Part shown: positions 48,620 to 59,803 of the stretch, piece after piece
Position numbering within the stretch: the first letter of the stretch is position 1
Layout: each line of letters starts with the position of its first letter
DNA from: an uncultured Bacteroidales bacterium
GTDB taxonomy: Bacteria > Bacteroidota > Bacteroidia > Bacteroidales > Muribaculaceae
Assembly (NCBI GenBank): GCA_902787185.1
Contig: CADAFP010000029.1
Coordinates: 691-64,690, forward strand
Direction: 5' to 3'
DNA length: 64,000 bases
Notes under the pieces: model-generated
Databases searched by the model: none
Told to the model about the DNA's origin: nothing
What the model saw: the letters and a program-made list of their open reading frames with translations, nothing else
Made by a program: the position numbers and the translations under genes

Positions 48620-49723
48620 TTATGCGTTGTGGAGGGCTTCCTGCAGGGCGTCGGCGGTGTCGGGATGCTCGGCGAGGTACTGTTTGGCGGCTTCGCGCCC
48701 TTGGCCCAGACGCATGTCTTGCCAACTGAACCACGCACCGCTCTTCTTGATGATGCCAGCCTCGACACCCAGGTCAAGGATTTCACCGTCACGGCTGATG
48801 CCGCGCCCATAAATCACGTCAAACTCGGCCTTGCGGAAGGGTGGGGCGACCTTGTTTTTCACCACCTTGACGCGCGTCTGGGCTCCCAACACCTGCTCGC
48901 CGTCCTTGATATGAGCCAGGCGACGGATGTCCAACCTGACGCTGCTGTAGAACTTCAGCGCATTGCCGCCAGTGGTCGTCTCGGGGTTGCCGAACATCAC
49001 GCCCAGTTTCTCGCGCAACTGGTTGATGAAGATGCAGCATGTGCGCGTCTTGGCGATGGTCGAGGTGAGTTTCCTCAAGGCCTGGCTCATCAGTCGCGCC
49101 TGCAGGCCCATCTTGCTCTCACCCATCTCACCCTCGATTTCGGCCTTGGGGGTGAGGGCAGCGACGCTGTCGATGACGATGACGTCGATGGCGGCACTGC
49201 GTATCAGCTGGTCGGCAATCTCCAACGCCTGCTCGCCGTTATCGGGTTGGCTGATCCACAGGTTGCGCGTGTTTACTCCGACGGCCTCGGCATAGGAGCG
49301 GTCGAAGGCATGCTCCGCGTCGATATAGGCGGCGATACCGCCCATCTGCTGCGCCTGGGCGATGGCGTGCAGCGCCAGCGTGGTCTTGCCCGAAGCCTCG
49401 GGGCCGTAAATCTCGATGATGCGTCCGCGCGGATACCCGCCCACGCCCAGTGCTTTGTCCAGACCGATGGAGCCGGTGGGGATGACATCCACATCCTCGA
49501 TGCTCTCGTCATTCATGCGCATGATGGCACAGGAGCCAAAGGCTTTCTCGATTTTGGCGACGGCGTTCTGCATCACCTGCAGCTTCATGGGGTCCACCTC
49601 GACGTTGCGCGGCGAGTGGGGAGCGGTTTCGGCAACATGGTTGCTCACAATGTCGGGCGTGGCTATGCTCAGCACCTGCTGCCCGTCAATCATCAATTCC
49701 TGTTTTAAAATCTGCTCAGTCAT
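48620..49723 (-). CDS. recA: Recombinase A
   Basis: [54 protein letters not shown]. Confidence 0.95.
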   Translation of the reverse strand: MTEQILKQELMIDGQQVLSIATPDIVSNHVAETAPHSPRNVEVDPMKLQVMQNAVAKIEKAFGSCAIMRMNDESIEDVDVIPTGSIGLDKALGVGGYPRGRIIEIYGPEASGKTTLALHAIAQAQQMGGIAAYIDAEHAFDRSYAEAVGVNTRNLWISQPDNGEQALEIADQLIRSAAIDVIVIDSVAALTPKAEIEGEMGESKMGLQARLMSQALRKLTSTIAKTRTCCIFINQLREKLGVMFGNPETTTGGNALKFYSSVRLDIRRLAHIKDGEQVLGAQTRVKVVKNKVAPPFRKAEFDVIYGRGISRDGEILDLGVEAGIIKKSGAWFSWQDMRLGQGREAAKQYLAEHPDTADALQEALHNA

Positions 49724-50013
49724 AGTTGTATAAGTTTTAAGTTGTTAGTTGTTTCTTGTGGGGCCTCGCCTTGGCGTGGCCGTCAATTCAGACTTTTGTA
49801 ACCGTGAGTTTTGCATTTTGCGTCAGTGATGAACTGCCCACAAAATTCTTTTCACGATGCAAAGGAACTATGACCGAGTGCAACTTCTTGGCACCCTCAA
49901 CCGAAAGAAAGTTAAATCATGTCAAGTCAAATTGTCTTGAGTGATTTGGCGGACATTTATAAAAAAGAAAGGAGATGCGGTGCACCCCCTTTCTGAATCC
50001 AAAAACTTAAATC

Positions 50014-52020
50014 TTACCAACTGCCGGTGAGGATGTAGTCGATGATTGTGGTTGCATCAGCGATACCCACGATGCCGTCGTGGTCCACGTCGCCCACTGT
50101 CAGATTCAAGCCACTCGAGTTACCTGTCAGGATGTAGTCGATGATAGACGTCACATCCGAAATGCCCACGCTGCCGTTGCAGTCCACATCGCCAAGGATG
50201 GCTGCGGGAGGTAACAGTTCCACATTTCTAACAGCGAAGTAGTCGCCTGCAGGATGGACACTGCTGTCCTTGATGTAGCTCCAGGTGAGGGTATGGGGGC
50301 CAGCGGTCAGTAACGAGGTGTTGGTGTACCAATCGTCATCGAGAGTTCCGAAGGTGAAGACTTCATTACCGTCAATCTCAAAACGGCATTCGTCATAGAT
50401 TCTTGAACCCTCCTCGCCTCTGGCCTTGAACATGAATCTCACCCGGGTATCCTCTTCAACATAGACGTAGGTGGACAATACAGACGAACTGCTGTGGGCA
50501 CCGGCATTGCCCGATCGGGCATACAGTTCACCCTGATCATTCATTTCTACATACCATGGATACTGTCCGGTACTGGCGAAGTGGAGGTTGCCGCCCGGTA
50601 CGTTGAGTGTTTCATCAAGGCCGTAGATGCCCTGGATGTTGCTGAATTTATACCAGTAGTCGCAATTCCGATAGGCTTCTTCGCAGCCGCCAGGAACCCA
50701 TAATACTGCATTGTTGTAGGTGGTCTCATCAAACATAGGCTCATGGAATGGCATCGGCTGTTCGCTCAAGCAATAGATTTTGGTAAGGCTTGTACAACCC
50801 GTGAAAACGTTAGATGACCAAGAGCTGGAATTAAAGAACTTGCAGTTCTTCCCGATAACGACCTTACTCAATGAGGAACAGCCGTAAAAAGACAATCCTC
50901 CGACGTAGGTGACAGCATCAGGAATGTTCATTTCGGTCAAGCCAGTGCACAAGGCGAATGCCGCTCCTCCGATTGATTCTACCTTGGAACCGATGCGAAA
51001 GCCTGTAATTTCATTACAGCCATAAAAAGCATCCTCCTCGATTGCGGTAACATCATAGCCCAGGGCCGCGTCTGGAATCCCCCAATACCCTTCAGGTGAA
51101 GGTAACACACAACCGACGCATTTTGCCGTAGTGCTGCTTGTAATTACATATTCGAGATAATCCACTATGAAGTCATAGGGTAATACGCTGGTGTTGTTGA
51201 AGCGCTTCCATCCATCAGCGGACTGATATGCGCTCAAGACCGAATTTGGCACTTCGAGAATGGTAGAGTTATAGTTCGCGGTCGAGAACACATTGTCATC
51301 ATACAAGCTCGGCGGGGTCTGGGCATAGCAGGTCAATTTATTCAGCGTCGTACATCCGCTGAAAGCCTGCTGATTAATGGTTCTCATTGAAAATGGTAAC
51401 GTCACATCGTATAGTTTGGTGCAGTCCTTGAAGGCGCTTGCCCCGATGGTTTTTATGCCATTAGGGATGTCGATGAAGGTAAGGCTGGTACATCCCTGAA
51501 AGGTTCGCATGTCAATCGTGGTTATCGTCCCAGACAGGTCAGCTCTTCTCAGATTGGTACAATTATAGAATGCTTCACTGCCCATATAAGTGACCGAGTT
51601 AGGAACATAGACATATTCCAATCCTGTTTTACCAAATGCATCGTGCCAAATGCGGGTGACAGAGTTGGGAATATCGACGCTGGTCAATTTGGTACACTGA
51701 TAAAATGCGAAATAACCAATTTCGGTAATTGAGTTCGGGATTGTAACTCCTGTCAAATCGCCACAGTTGCGGAACGCATTATTGCCAATTTTGGTCACGT
51801 TATATTGCGTGCCGCCATAGGTGACGGTAGGCGGAATTGTCACGTTGCCAGTATAGCTGGTATAGCTGGCATTGTTCTCGTTGTAGGTCACCTCCACCGT
51901 GTTTGTGCCGGTGATGTTGAGATACAGGCCTGATGCGCCGAAGTCATAGGCTTGCGCGCTCACAACGCTCGACAAGGCCGCCACAAGGGCAAAAGCCCTG
52001 AAAAGTAGTTTCTTGTTCAT
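50014..52020 (-). CDS. BspA-type leucine-rich-repeat surface protein with C-terminal dockerin
   Basis: IPNSITEIGYFAFYQC-type repeats; GDVDCNGSVGISDVT / GDVDHDGIVGIADAT. Confidence 0.9.
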   Translation of the reverse strand: MNKKLLFRAFALVAALSSVVSAQAYDFGASGLYLNITGTNTVEVTYNENNASYTSYTGNVTIPPTVTYGGTQYNVTKIGNNAFRNCGDLTGVTIPNSITEIGYFAFYQCTKLTSVDIPNSVTRIWHDAFGKTGLEYVYVPNSVTYMGSEAFYNCTNLRRADLSGTITTIDMRTFQGCTSLTFIDIPNGIKTIGASAFKDCTKLYDVTLPFSMRTINQQAFSGCTTLNKLTCYAQTPPSLYDDNVFSTANYNSTILEVPNSVLSAYQSADGWKRFNNTSVLPYDFIVDYLEYVITSSTTAKCVGCVLPSPEGYWGIPDAALGYDVTAIEEDAFYGCNEITGFRIGSKVESIGGAAFALCTGLTEMNIPDAVTYVGGLSFYGCSSLSKVVIGKNCKFFNSSSWSSNVFTGCTSLTKIYCLSEQPMPFHEPMFDETTYNNAVLWVPGGCEEAYRNCDYWYKFSNIQGIYGLDETLNVPGGNLHFASTGQYPWYVEMNDQGELYARSGNAGAHSSSSVLSTYVYVEEDTRVRFMFKARGEEGSRIYDECRFEIDGNEVFTFGTLDDDWYTNTSLLTAGPHTLTWSYIKDSSVHPAGDYFAVRNVELLPPAAILGDVDCNGSVGISDVTSIIDYILTGNSSGLNLTVGDVDHDGIVGIADATTIIDYILTGSW

Positions 52021-52259
52021 AGTCGTTAAGATTTAATGGATGAATAGTTGTATGTGATTTAACTCGGTGCAAATATAGCGAAAATTCTATAAAAATGAAA
52101 GGGGGAGGCAACAAAATGGTTAATATAAAAAAGCCGCGGCAGCGGGTGAGCTGTCGTGGCTGGATGATAGTTGAAGTATGTCTCGTATGATTAAGGCAAA
52201 AGCCTCACTCATCACTAATCCCTAATCACTAATCCCAAGTGGGCGAGCCCGCTTGGCCC

Positions 52260-53651
52260 TTAGAACTCAGCGTTGTTGGGAGTGCGCGGGAACGGGATGA
52301 CGTCACGAATGTTGGCCATACCTGTCACGAACAGGATGAGGCGCTCAAAGCCCAGGCCGAAGCCGCTGTGGGGCACGGTGCCGAAGCGACGGGTGTCGAG
52401 ATACCACCACATATCCTTCATGGGAATGCCGCGGCGCTCGATCTCGCTCATCAGTTTGTCGTAGTCGGCCTCACGCTCGCTGCCGCCGATGATTTCGCCA
52501 ATCATGGGGAAGAGCACGTCCATGGCGCGAACGGTCTTGCCATCCTCGTTCTGCTTCATGTAGAAGGCCTTGATCTCACGCGGATAGTCGGTCAGGATAA
52601 CAGGGCGCTTGAAGTGCTCCTCGACGAGGTAGCGCTCGTGCTCGCTCTGCAGGTCCACACCCCAGTCCACGGGGAATTCAAACTTCTTCTTGGCGGCCTT
52701 CAGGATGTCGATGCCCTCAGTATAGGTCAGGCGAACGAACGGCTCCTTCAAGACGCTGTGAAGGCGGTCGATGAGCGTGTTGTCATACATCTTGTTCAGG
52801 AACTCCAGGTCGTCCTGGCAGTGCTCCAGTGCGTAGTTCACGCAGAACTTGATGAACTCCTCGGCCAGGTCCATGTTGTCGGTGATGTCATAGAAGGCCA
52901 TCTCGGGCTCAATCATCCAGAACTCGGCCAGGTGTCGGGGCGTGTTGCTGTTCTCGGCACGGAAGGTGGGACCGAAGGTGTAGATTTCGCCCAGTGCGGT
53001 GGCACCAAGCTCGCCTTCGAGCTGTCCCGACACGGTCAGGCTTGTCGATTTGCCGAAGAAGTCCTTCGTGTAGTCGGTCTTGCCGTCCTCGGTCTTGGGC
53101 AGGTCGCCCAAGTCGAGGGTCGTTACTTGGAACATGTCGCCTGCACCTTCACAGTCGCTGGCGGTAATCAGCGGGGTGTGCAGATAGACAAAACCCTTGT
53201 CGTTGAAGAATTTGTGGATGGCAAACGCCAGGTGGTGACGGATGCGGAACACGGCACCAAAGGTGTTGGTGCGCATGCGCAGGTGAGCCTTGGTGCGCAG
53301 GAATTCCAGCGTGTGGCCCTTCTTCTGCATGGGATAGTCGTCGGCACAGGTGCCGTAGATCTCGATGCTTTGGGCCTGAATCTCAACGGTCTGGCCCTTG
53401 CCCTGAGACTGGACGAGCAGTCCCTCGACATGCAGGCTGGCGCCTGTGGTGATGGGGCGCAACTCCTCCTCGCTGAACTTCTCGAGGTCAACGACAATCT
53501 GCAGGTTGTTGATGGTTGAGCCGTCGTTCAATGCGATGAACTGGACAAACTTGTTACCACGGCGGCTGCGTACCCAGCCCTTGACACACACCTGTTGACC
53601 CACTAATGCGGGATCAAAGATATCAACGATTTTAATTCGTTTCAAAGCCAT
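52260..53651 (-). CDS. asnS: Asparagine--tRNA ligase
   Basis: [41 protein letters not shown]. Confidence 0.98.
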   Translation of the reverse strand: MALKRIKIVDIFDPALVGQQVCVKGWVRSRRGNKFVQFIALNDGSTINNLQIVVDLEKFSEEELRPITTGASLHVEGLLVQSQGKGQTVEIQAQSIEIYGTCADDYPMQKKGHTLEFLRTKAHLRMRTNTFGAVFRIRHHLAFAIHKFFNDKGFVYLHTPLITASDCEGAGDMFQVTTLDLGDLPKTEDGKTDYTKDFFGKSTSLTVSGQLEGELGATALGEIYTFGPTFRAENSNTPRHLAEFWMIEPEMAFYDITDNMDLAEEFIKFCVNYALEHCQDDLEFLNKMYDNTLIDRLHSVLKEPFVRLTYTEGIDILKAAKKKFEFPVDWGVDLQSEHERYLVEEHFKRPVILTDYPREIKAFYMKQNEDGKTVRAMDVLFPMIGEIIGGSEREADYDKLMSEIERRGIPMKDMWWYLDTRRFGTVPHSGFGLGFERLILFVTGMANIRDVIPFPRTPNNAEF

Positions 53652-53802
53652 TGTTGTATGTTTTGATCATTTTTAAACTCCGACACAAACCTCTCGCTAA
53701 GTCGCTAAGCGGCAAAGAACAATGATGTTTTCAATAAAACATATCCTACTTAGCGTCTTAACGTCTTAGCGTGGGGGCTTTGAGTCGGGAATGTTGTTAT
53801 GT

Positions 53803-55296
53803 TTATTCAAACGAATTCTGTTTCAAGAAGTTAACCTCTTCCTGAGTCAGGTAGCGCCAGCGGCCACGGGGCAGGTTCTTCTTGGTGAGACCGGCGAAAT
53901 AGACGCGGTCAAGTTTCACCACATGATAGCCCAGGGCTTCAAAGATGCGGCGCACGACGCGGTTGCGGCCCGAGTGAATCTCGATACCGGCCTGCTTGCG
54001 GTCGGTGGGCGACACGTAGCTCACGGCATCGGCATGGATGGGACCGTCGTCGAGCTCAACGCCGTCGGCGATGTGCTGCATGTCCTCCTCGCTGATGGGC
54101 TTGTCGGTCCACACTTGGTAGATTTTCTTCTTGACATATTGCGGGTGGGCGAGCTTGGCGGCAAGGTCACCATCGTTGGTGAGCAGGAGCACACCGGTGG
54201 TGTTGCGGTCGAGTCGTCCCACGGGATAGATGCGTTCCTCACAGGCACCCTTCACCAGGTCCATGACGGTCTTGCGGCCGTTGGGATCGTCGCTGGTGGT
54301 AACGGTGTCTTTGGGTTTGTTGAGCAGGATGTAGCACTTCTTCTCGGTGGTCACCACCTCGCCGTTGTACTTCACAACGTCTTTGGGGGTAATCTTCATG
54401 CCGAGTTCAGTAACTACGACGTCATTTACCATGACGAGACCCTTCTGGATATATTCGTCAGCTACACGGCGAGAGCAGATACCGGCGTTGGCCATGAACT
54501 TGTTCAAGCGAACCTCCATGTTGGGATCAATAGCGGGCTCCTCATAGATGATACGCTGGGGCTTGGGCGTGAAGCGCATCTGGGGTTTGGGACCCTGGCG
54601 CTTGGGGCGCTGCTGGTACCCACCGGGACGCTGCTGATAGCCACCGGGACGCTGCTGGTAACCGCCTTGACGCTGCTGGTACCCACCGGGACGCTGCTGG
54701 TAACCACCCTGGCGCTGCTGGTAACCACCCTGCTGGCGCTGCTGGTAACCACCCTGACGCTGCTGATAACCGGGGCGCTGCTGATAACCACCCTGCTGAC
54801 GGGGCTGGTAACCACCCTGGCGCTGATATCCGCCGGGACGCTGCTGGTATCCTCCCTGCTGACGGGGCTGATAACCCTGGCGAGGCTGATAGCCGCCTTG
54901 CTGCTGCTCGGGATTCATGTTCTCGCCTTCGCCATTGGCTTCGGGATCAAGTGCATTTTGGGGCTGTTGATAACGCTGCTGATAGCCACCGGGGCGCTGC
55001 TGGTAGCCACCCTGACGATGGTAACCGCCGGGACGCTGCTGGTAGCCACCCTGGCGAGGCTGGTAGCCGCCTTGACGGGGCTGGTAACCGCCCTGACGGT
55101 GGTAACCACCCTGTTGACGGGGCTGATAACCTTCTGACTGCTTGTAACCTTCACTGGGTGTGGATTCTTCGCCCTGGTTGGGCTCGTGGGCGCTATACTC
55201 TACTTTTTCATAGCGACCATTCTCGAGATTTTCATCAAGATTGGCATTACTTTCGCCGATTCTAGGCCTTTTCGGCTTCTTCAAGTTCTCGTCCAT
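53803..55296 (-). CDS. rRNA pseudouridine synthase (RluB/RsuA family) with Gln/Gly/Tyr-rich N-terminal repeats
   Basis: S4 domain [25 protein letters not shown] catalytic Asp, GRNRVVRR. Confidence 0.93.
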   Translation of the reverse strand: MDENLKKPKRPRIGESNANLDENLENGRYEKVEYSAHEPNQGEESTPSEGYKQSEGYQPRQQGGYHRQGGYQPRQGGYQPRQGGYQQRPGGYHRQGGYQQRPGGYQQRYQQPQNALDPEANGEGENMNPEQQQGGYQPRQGYQPRQQGGYQQRPGGYQRQGGYQPRQQGGYQQRPGYQQRQGGYQQRQQGGYQQRQGGYQQRPGGYQQRQGGYQQRPGGYQQRPGGYQQRPKRQGPKPQMRFTPKPQRIIYEEPAIDPNMEVRLNKFMANAGICSRRVADEYIQKGLVMVNDVVVTELGMKITPKDVVKYNGEVVTTEKKCYILLNKPKDTVTTSDDPNGRKTVMDLVKGACEERIYPVGRLDRNTTGVLLLTNDGDLAAKLAHPQYVKKKIYQVWTDKPISEEDMQHIADGVELDDGPIHADAVSYVSPTDRKQAGIEIHSGRNRVVRRIFEALGYHVVKLDRVYFAGLTKKNLPRGRWRYLTQEEVNFLKQNSFE

Positions 55297-55444
55297 TGCA
55301 ATCTAATTTTAAATAAGAGTTAAATAAAAATAGTAGTAAAATAATTAATTTTCGTGGCCTCGCGGCCATCGTCTCAAAATGGTTAAAAATCAGTAATTAA
55401 ACAAGAACTGATCAAATTTCTATGACAGCTCCTATAAATTAATG

Positions 55445-55522
55445 TGGTGGGCAGTGAGGGATTCGAACCCCCGACCCTCTGCTTGTAAGGCAGATGCTCT
55501 GAACCAACTGCGCTAACTGCCC
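55445..55522 (-). tRNA. tRNA-Val(TAC), identical to the copy at 10800-10877
   Basis: Same 78-nt sequence with CCA end. Confidence 0.97.
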
Positions 55523-55633
55523 AATGACGGACCCTTCCAAAAAGCAGCGCAAAATTACTCCAAACTTTCCTTTCCCCAAAATTTTAAGGCAATAATTTTA
55601 CGCAGATAATTGAATCCTTTATTGTGAAGAAAA

Positions 55634-55669
55634 CTACGGGTCCTGAGGTGGTTTGCTCAGGACCCGTAG
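55634..55669 (-). terminator. Intrinsic terminator after mdh
   Basis: CTACGGGTCCTGAG / CTCAGGACCCGTAG inverted repeat followed by a T run on minus. Confidence 0.8.
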
Positions 55670-55694
55670 GGATTCCTTTGGTCAAACCTGGTGA

Positions 55695-56596
55695 TTACAG
55701 GTTGGGGTTGATCTTATTCCACTCGCTGATGGGGGGCACGATGCCCAGGTCAACCAACTCGTCGCGCATTTTGCACAGGTGCTTGTAGCTGGCGTCGAGT
55801 CTTGCATTCTCGCTGGGAATACCCTGAGGCACCTTGTAGGATGCACCGTTCTCGTCGAGCGTGGTGTCCATCGCCATCATGATGTGGTTGTACTTGTCGT
55901 TGTTCACGTAGGTGCCAACGGGGTAGTTGAACTTCTCACCGCCCATGGCAGCGCGGATCATCTCTACCGACAGGTAAGCGGGGCTCTGGAACGAGCTGCG
56001 GCCGCGCAGCTTGATGATTTGGGCGCCGCCCAGGGTGACTTCACGCTTCATGTGCTCCCACTCCTCGCGGGGGAATTCGTCGGTACCCATGATGTCGATC
56101 AACTTGCGCCCTGCAATCTCGACATGGCTGCCGAACACTGCCATCTGCTCGCCGTGGCCGCCGTAGGTGGCACAGCCGGTGATCTGGCTACGCATCACGT
56201 TGAACCTCTTGGCCAGAGCGCTTTGCAGGCGCGTGGTGTCGAGAGCGGCAAGAGTAGTTACCTGGCTCGGCTTCAAGCCGCTGTACAACAAGGTTACCAG
56301 ACCTGTCAGGTCGGCGGGGTTGAAGATGATGACCACGTGCTTCACGTCGGGGCAGTACCTCTTGATGTCCATGCCAAGTTCCTCGGCAATCTTGCAGTTG
56401 CCTGCCAGCAGGTCCTCGCGGGTCTCACGTCACCGAAACCGCTCTGGCGCATTTCCTCGGCCACGCCCTCGGGCGAGAATACGTCATAGAGGCAGATGTT
56501 AGTTGTCAAGCCCATCATCAGAGCCGTTTGTACCATGTTTGAGCCGATCATGCCAGCAGCGCCGACGATGACCAATTTTTCATTTGTTAATGCCAT
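55695..56596 (-). pseudogene. mdh: Malate dehydrogenase, frameshifted at about 56424
   Basis: VGAAGMIGS...QSGFGDV in one frame; TREDLLAGN...IFNPAD...LDTTR..GGHGE in the next; the GG.PRK substrate loop is absent. Confidence 0.85.
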
Positions 56597-56777
56597 GATG
56601 TTATGTTTTTTATATCTTATTAGTTTTACTTTGAAATTTTACCACTGCAAAGGTAGTCATTTTTTATCATCAATACCAAGCGAAATGACAGATATTAAAG
56701 ATTAAATATTGTGAAATAGGCCTTGACTCGTGACAAAATGACTAATTTTGCCCATGAAAACAGTATAAAATAAGGTG

Positions 56778-57407
56778 ATGGAACAAGAATTTGCTTCTCG
56801 GCTGCTCGAAACTGCGGTCAGTGAGTTTGCCAAGTTGCCCGGCATCGGGCGCAAGACGGCGCTACGCCTCGTGCTGCACCTGCTCAAACAGGACGAGCAA
56901 GAGGCGGTCTCTTTTGGCGAGGCGATTATCAAGCTGCGCCGCGAGATACGCTATTGCCATGTGTGCCATAACATTAGCGAGACCGAGGTGTGCCCCATCT
57001 GCGCCAACCCGTCGCGTGACGAGAGCACCATCTGCGTCGTCGAGAACGTTAAGGATGTGATGAGCATCGAGAACACCCACCAGCACAACGGCCTCTACCA
57101 TGTGCTGGGAGGACTCATCTCGCCCATGGACGGCATCGGTCCTGCCGATATCGAGGTGGACAGCCTCGAGGAACGCGTCAAGGCTGGCGGTGTCAAGGAG
57201 GTCATCCTCGCCCTGAGCGCGACCATGGAGGGTGATACCACCAATTTCTACATCTTCCGCCGACTGGCACCTTACCCCGATGTCAAGATTACCATCCTGG
57301 CACGTGGCGTTAGCGTCGGCAATGAGATTGAGTACACCGACGAGTTGACCTTGGGCCGTTCCATCATGAACCGCACCCTCTTCAGTGACACCTTCCACAA
57401 GGAATAA
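56778..57407 (+). CDS. recR: Recombination protein RecR
   Basis: [10 protein letters not shown]4 zinc finger, YHVLGG, EGDTT Toprim. Confidence 0.97.
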   Translation: MEQEFASRLLETAVSEFAKLPGIGRKTALRLVLHLLKQDEQEAVSFGEAIIKLRREIRYCHVCHNISETEVCPICANPSRDESTICVVENVKDVMSIENTHQHNGLYHVLGGLISPMDGIGPADIEVDSLEERVKAGGVKEVILALSATMEGDTTNFYIFRRLAPYPDVKITILARGVSVGNEIEYTDELTLGRSIMNRTLFSDTFHKE

Positions 57408-57488
57408 TCACCGTCCGCCGTAATTTCCGTTAAATCCGTCATCTCCGTCATTTCCGTTAAATCCGTTCAACCCGTTCAACCCGTCAAC

Positions 57489-57623
57489 ATGGCCGACAAC
57501 GATTTTCAATACCGCCAAGAGGACGCCGACAAGCGCCGTCGCCGCCGTGAGGCCGAGCGTCAGCGACGCCTGCGTCACGCACGCGAGGAGTACATCAAGA
57601 AAAAGAAAGAGCAATCCCCGTGA
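57489..57623 (+). CDS. Putative 44-aa highly charged helical peptide
   Basis: Hand translation MADNDFQYRQEDADKRRRRREAERQRRLRHAREEYIKKKKEQSP*; host-like codons; fills the gap before comF. Confidence 0.5.
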   Translation: MADNDFQYRQEDADKRRRRREAERQRRLRHAREEYIKKKKEQSP

Positions 57624-57624
57624 T

Positions 57625-58332
57625 TCAATCCAGGCGCGCAGCCGCCAGGGTGAATATGGATACGGTCACTTGGGGAATGGATTTCAGCAACGTGGCGCAA
57701 GCGGTGAGTGTGGCGCCTGTCGTGATGACGTCATCCACGAGAAGGATATGTTTGCCGGCCAGTTGGTCGGCATCTTTGTTTAAGGCATAGTTGCCCTGGA
57801 TGTTCTGCCAGCGGTCAATGGCGCCTTTATGGGTTTGGGTGGAGTGGGGAAGGACGGCTTTCAGCGCTTCTACGTATGGGATGCCCAAGGTGTCGGCGAT
57901 GCCACGAGACAGGTATTCGCTCTGGTTGTATCCGCGGTGGGCGAGTTTGCGACGGTGCAGAGGCACAGCTGTGACCACCTCGATACCGTCAAAGAAATGG
58001 GTTGCCGCCATCTCCCGGACAGCGCGTGCCGCGAGCCAATAGCCCATGCGTGGTGTGGAGTGGTACTTGATGTCGTGCAGGATTGAGGCGTAGGGAGAGC
58101 CTTTCTCATAGTAGAAATAGGCTGTGGAGCGTTCGATGGGCACCTTGCCGGCAAAGTGCTGGTCCATCGTGTTGAATTGCACTTCCTCAAAGCGGGTGCG
58201 CGGCAAGGTTGCCAGACACTGCCTGCACAGCCATGTCTCATCACCGTCGAGCGCTCGCCCGCACACGGGGCAAACGCGAGGCATCACCACGTCGGCGGCA
58301 GCGCCCAACCATTGTTTAATCGTCTTGAGCAT
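57625..58332 (-). CDS. ComF-family phosphoribosyltransferase-like protein
   Basis: CPVC...CRQC zinc ribbon, RGYNQS, LLVDDVITTGAT. Confidence 0.92.
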   Translation of the reverse strand: MLKTIKQWLGAAADVVMPRVCPVCGRALDGDETWLCRQCLATLPRTRFEEVQFNTMDQHFAGKVPIERSTAYFYYEKGSPYASILHDIKYHSTPRMGYWLAARAVREMAATHFFDGIEVVTAVPLHRRKLAHRGYNQSEYLSRGIADTLGIPYVEALKAVLPHSTQTHKGAIDRWQNIQGNYALNKDADQLAGKHILLVDDVITTGATLTACATLLKSIPQVTVSIFTLAAARLD

Positions 58333-58810
58333 CGATGCTTGTCACTTCTTTCACACACGCTGCCGCGAGTGTTGTCTCAAAGCCGCGTGAGGCGGCAAAA
58401 CGCATCATCGCCGCCCATGCCGCACGCGGTTCACGTTGGCTGACCGTGCGCCACTTGGCACGCAGCAGTTCTATCAGGCGCTCACTGTAGCGCTCCTCGT
58501 CAATGGCGCCCATCGCCTCATCGATGACTTCGGCGGGGATTCCCTTGAGCCGCAACTGGTGGGCTATCTTGATTCTGCCCCAGCCGTTGAAGGCAAAGCG
58601 GTCCTTGACGAATGCCACGGCATAGCGCCTATCGTCGATAAATCCTTGTTCTACAAGTTGTTGAAGAATCTGCTCGGTGTCACCGCCGTTAAGATCCCAC
58701 TTTAGCAGTTTCTCACGGATGTCGCTCTGTGACTGCTCGCTGCGGGCACACAGGGCAGCGGCGCGGTTCAATGCCTGCGCTATAGTTAACGGTTGCTTGC
58801 TGTTATTCAT
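58316..58810 (-). CDS. recX: Regulatory protein RecX
   Basis: LCARSE, FIDDRRYA, WGRIKI, RFAASRGF; start placed at MNNSK. Confidence 0.9.
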   Translation of the reverse strand: MNNSKQPLTIAQALNRAAALCARSEQSQSDIREKLLKWDLNGGDTEQILQQLVEQGFIDDRRYAVAFVKDRFAFNGWGRIKIAHQLRLKGIPAEVIDEAMGAIDEERYSERLIELLRAKWRTVSQREPRAAWAAMMRFAASRGFETTLAAACVKEVTSIDAQDD

Positions 58811-59693
58811 GGGAGAGTTCCGATGGTGTTTGGTTGCTGCCTTCCAGAAATTCCTTGAGTTCATCTAGGCGCTGGAGTGCCTCTTCGCGGCCCTGCTGAT
58901 AGACACGGTTCATCTCACGGGGGTCGTGTGTCGTGCGGCTTACGTCAAGTGGCTTGGACGGCCTGAAGACGAAGGCGCGCCCCTCGCGTTCCTGCTCACG
59001 CACAAACTGCAGCTGGCGGTTGTAATGCGCAGGACGGTGCTTCAGCGCCTCAATCACCTTTGGCCACTTGTGCAACAACGGCTTCATCAGCCACATGCCA
59101 TGCTCGGCGGTCTTGCGGAAACCATCCTCGCGGGTGAGGATTACCACGTTGCGCTCATATCCCTTGTTGATCATGAACTCCAGTGGAATGCTGTCGGCCA
59201 GTCCGCCATCGAGCAACTGGCGCCCGCCCACTTCGACAGGCTGTGCCACGACGGGCATCGATGCCGACGCCCTGATCCACTCAAAACAGTCATAGTTCAC
59301 CTTGTCGAGTCGCTGATAGACGCCCTCGCCTGTGTTCACGTCAAAGCATACCGCATAGCACTCCATCGGCGAGCTGTCAAACACATTGTAGTCAAACACG
59401 TCATAGTGGGTGGGGACCAGATGATAGGCAAACCACGCGTTATAATAGTTGCCGGTCTTCAGTAGCGACATGATGCCGCTGTAGCGCTTGTCGCGGGCAA
59501 AGCGCACGTTGTAGCGCAAGGCTCTTCCCGCCTGACGCGACTTGTAGTTGCAGCCAAAGGCGATTCCAGCCGACACGCCGACCATACCGTCGAGATAGAT
59601 CTTCTTCTCGATGAGCACGTCAAGGATGCCGCTGGTGTACATGCCGCGCATCCCGCCTCCCTCCAGCACGAGTCCGGTCTTGCAAATTGCCAT
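58803..59693 (-). CDS. Patatin-like phospholipase
   Basis: LEGGGMRG, GVSAG, DGG. Confidence 0.93.
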   Translation of the reverse strand: MAICKTGLVLEGGGMRGMYTSGILDVLIEKKIYLDGMVGVSAGIAFGCNYKSRQAGRALRYNVRFARDKRYSGIMSLLKTGNYYNAWFAYHLVPTHYDVFDYNVFDSSPMECYAVCFDVNTGEGVYQRLDKVNYDCFEWIRASASMPVVAQPVEVGGRQLLDGGLADSIPLEFMINKGYERNVVILTREDGFRKTAEHGMWLMKPLLHKWPKVIEALKHRPAHYNRQLQFVREQEREGRAFVFRPSKPLDVSRTTHDPREMNRVYQQGREEALQRLDELKEFLEGSNQTPSELSHE

Positions 59694-59803
59694 ATCTAAT
59701 GATAATATGATTAAATGTGTCGCAAAATTACAAATAATTCAAAGAAATACCTTATATTTGTGGGGATTTATTCACATACTTGTAACTAATATACTATTGA
59801 AGC

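Noticed and set aside
10800-55522. Prophage or ICE bounded by tRNA-Val attL/attR
   Set aside because: Both copies are full length, there is no integrase, and the interval contains core genes (tpiA, asnS, etfA)
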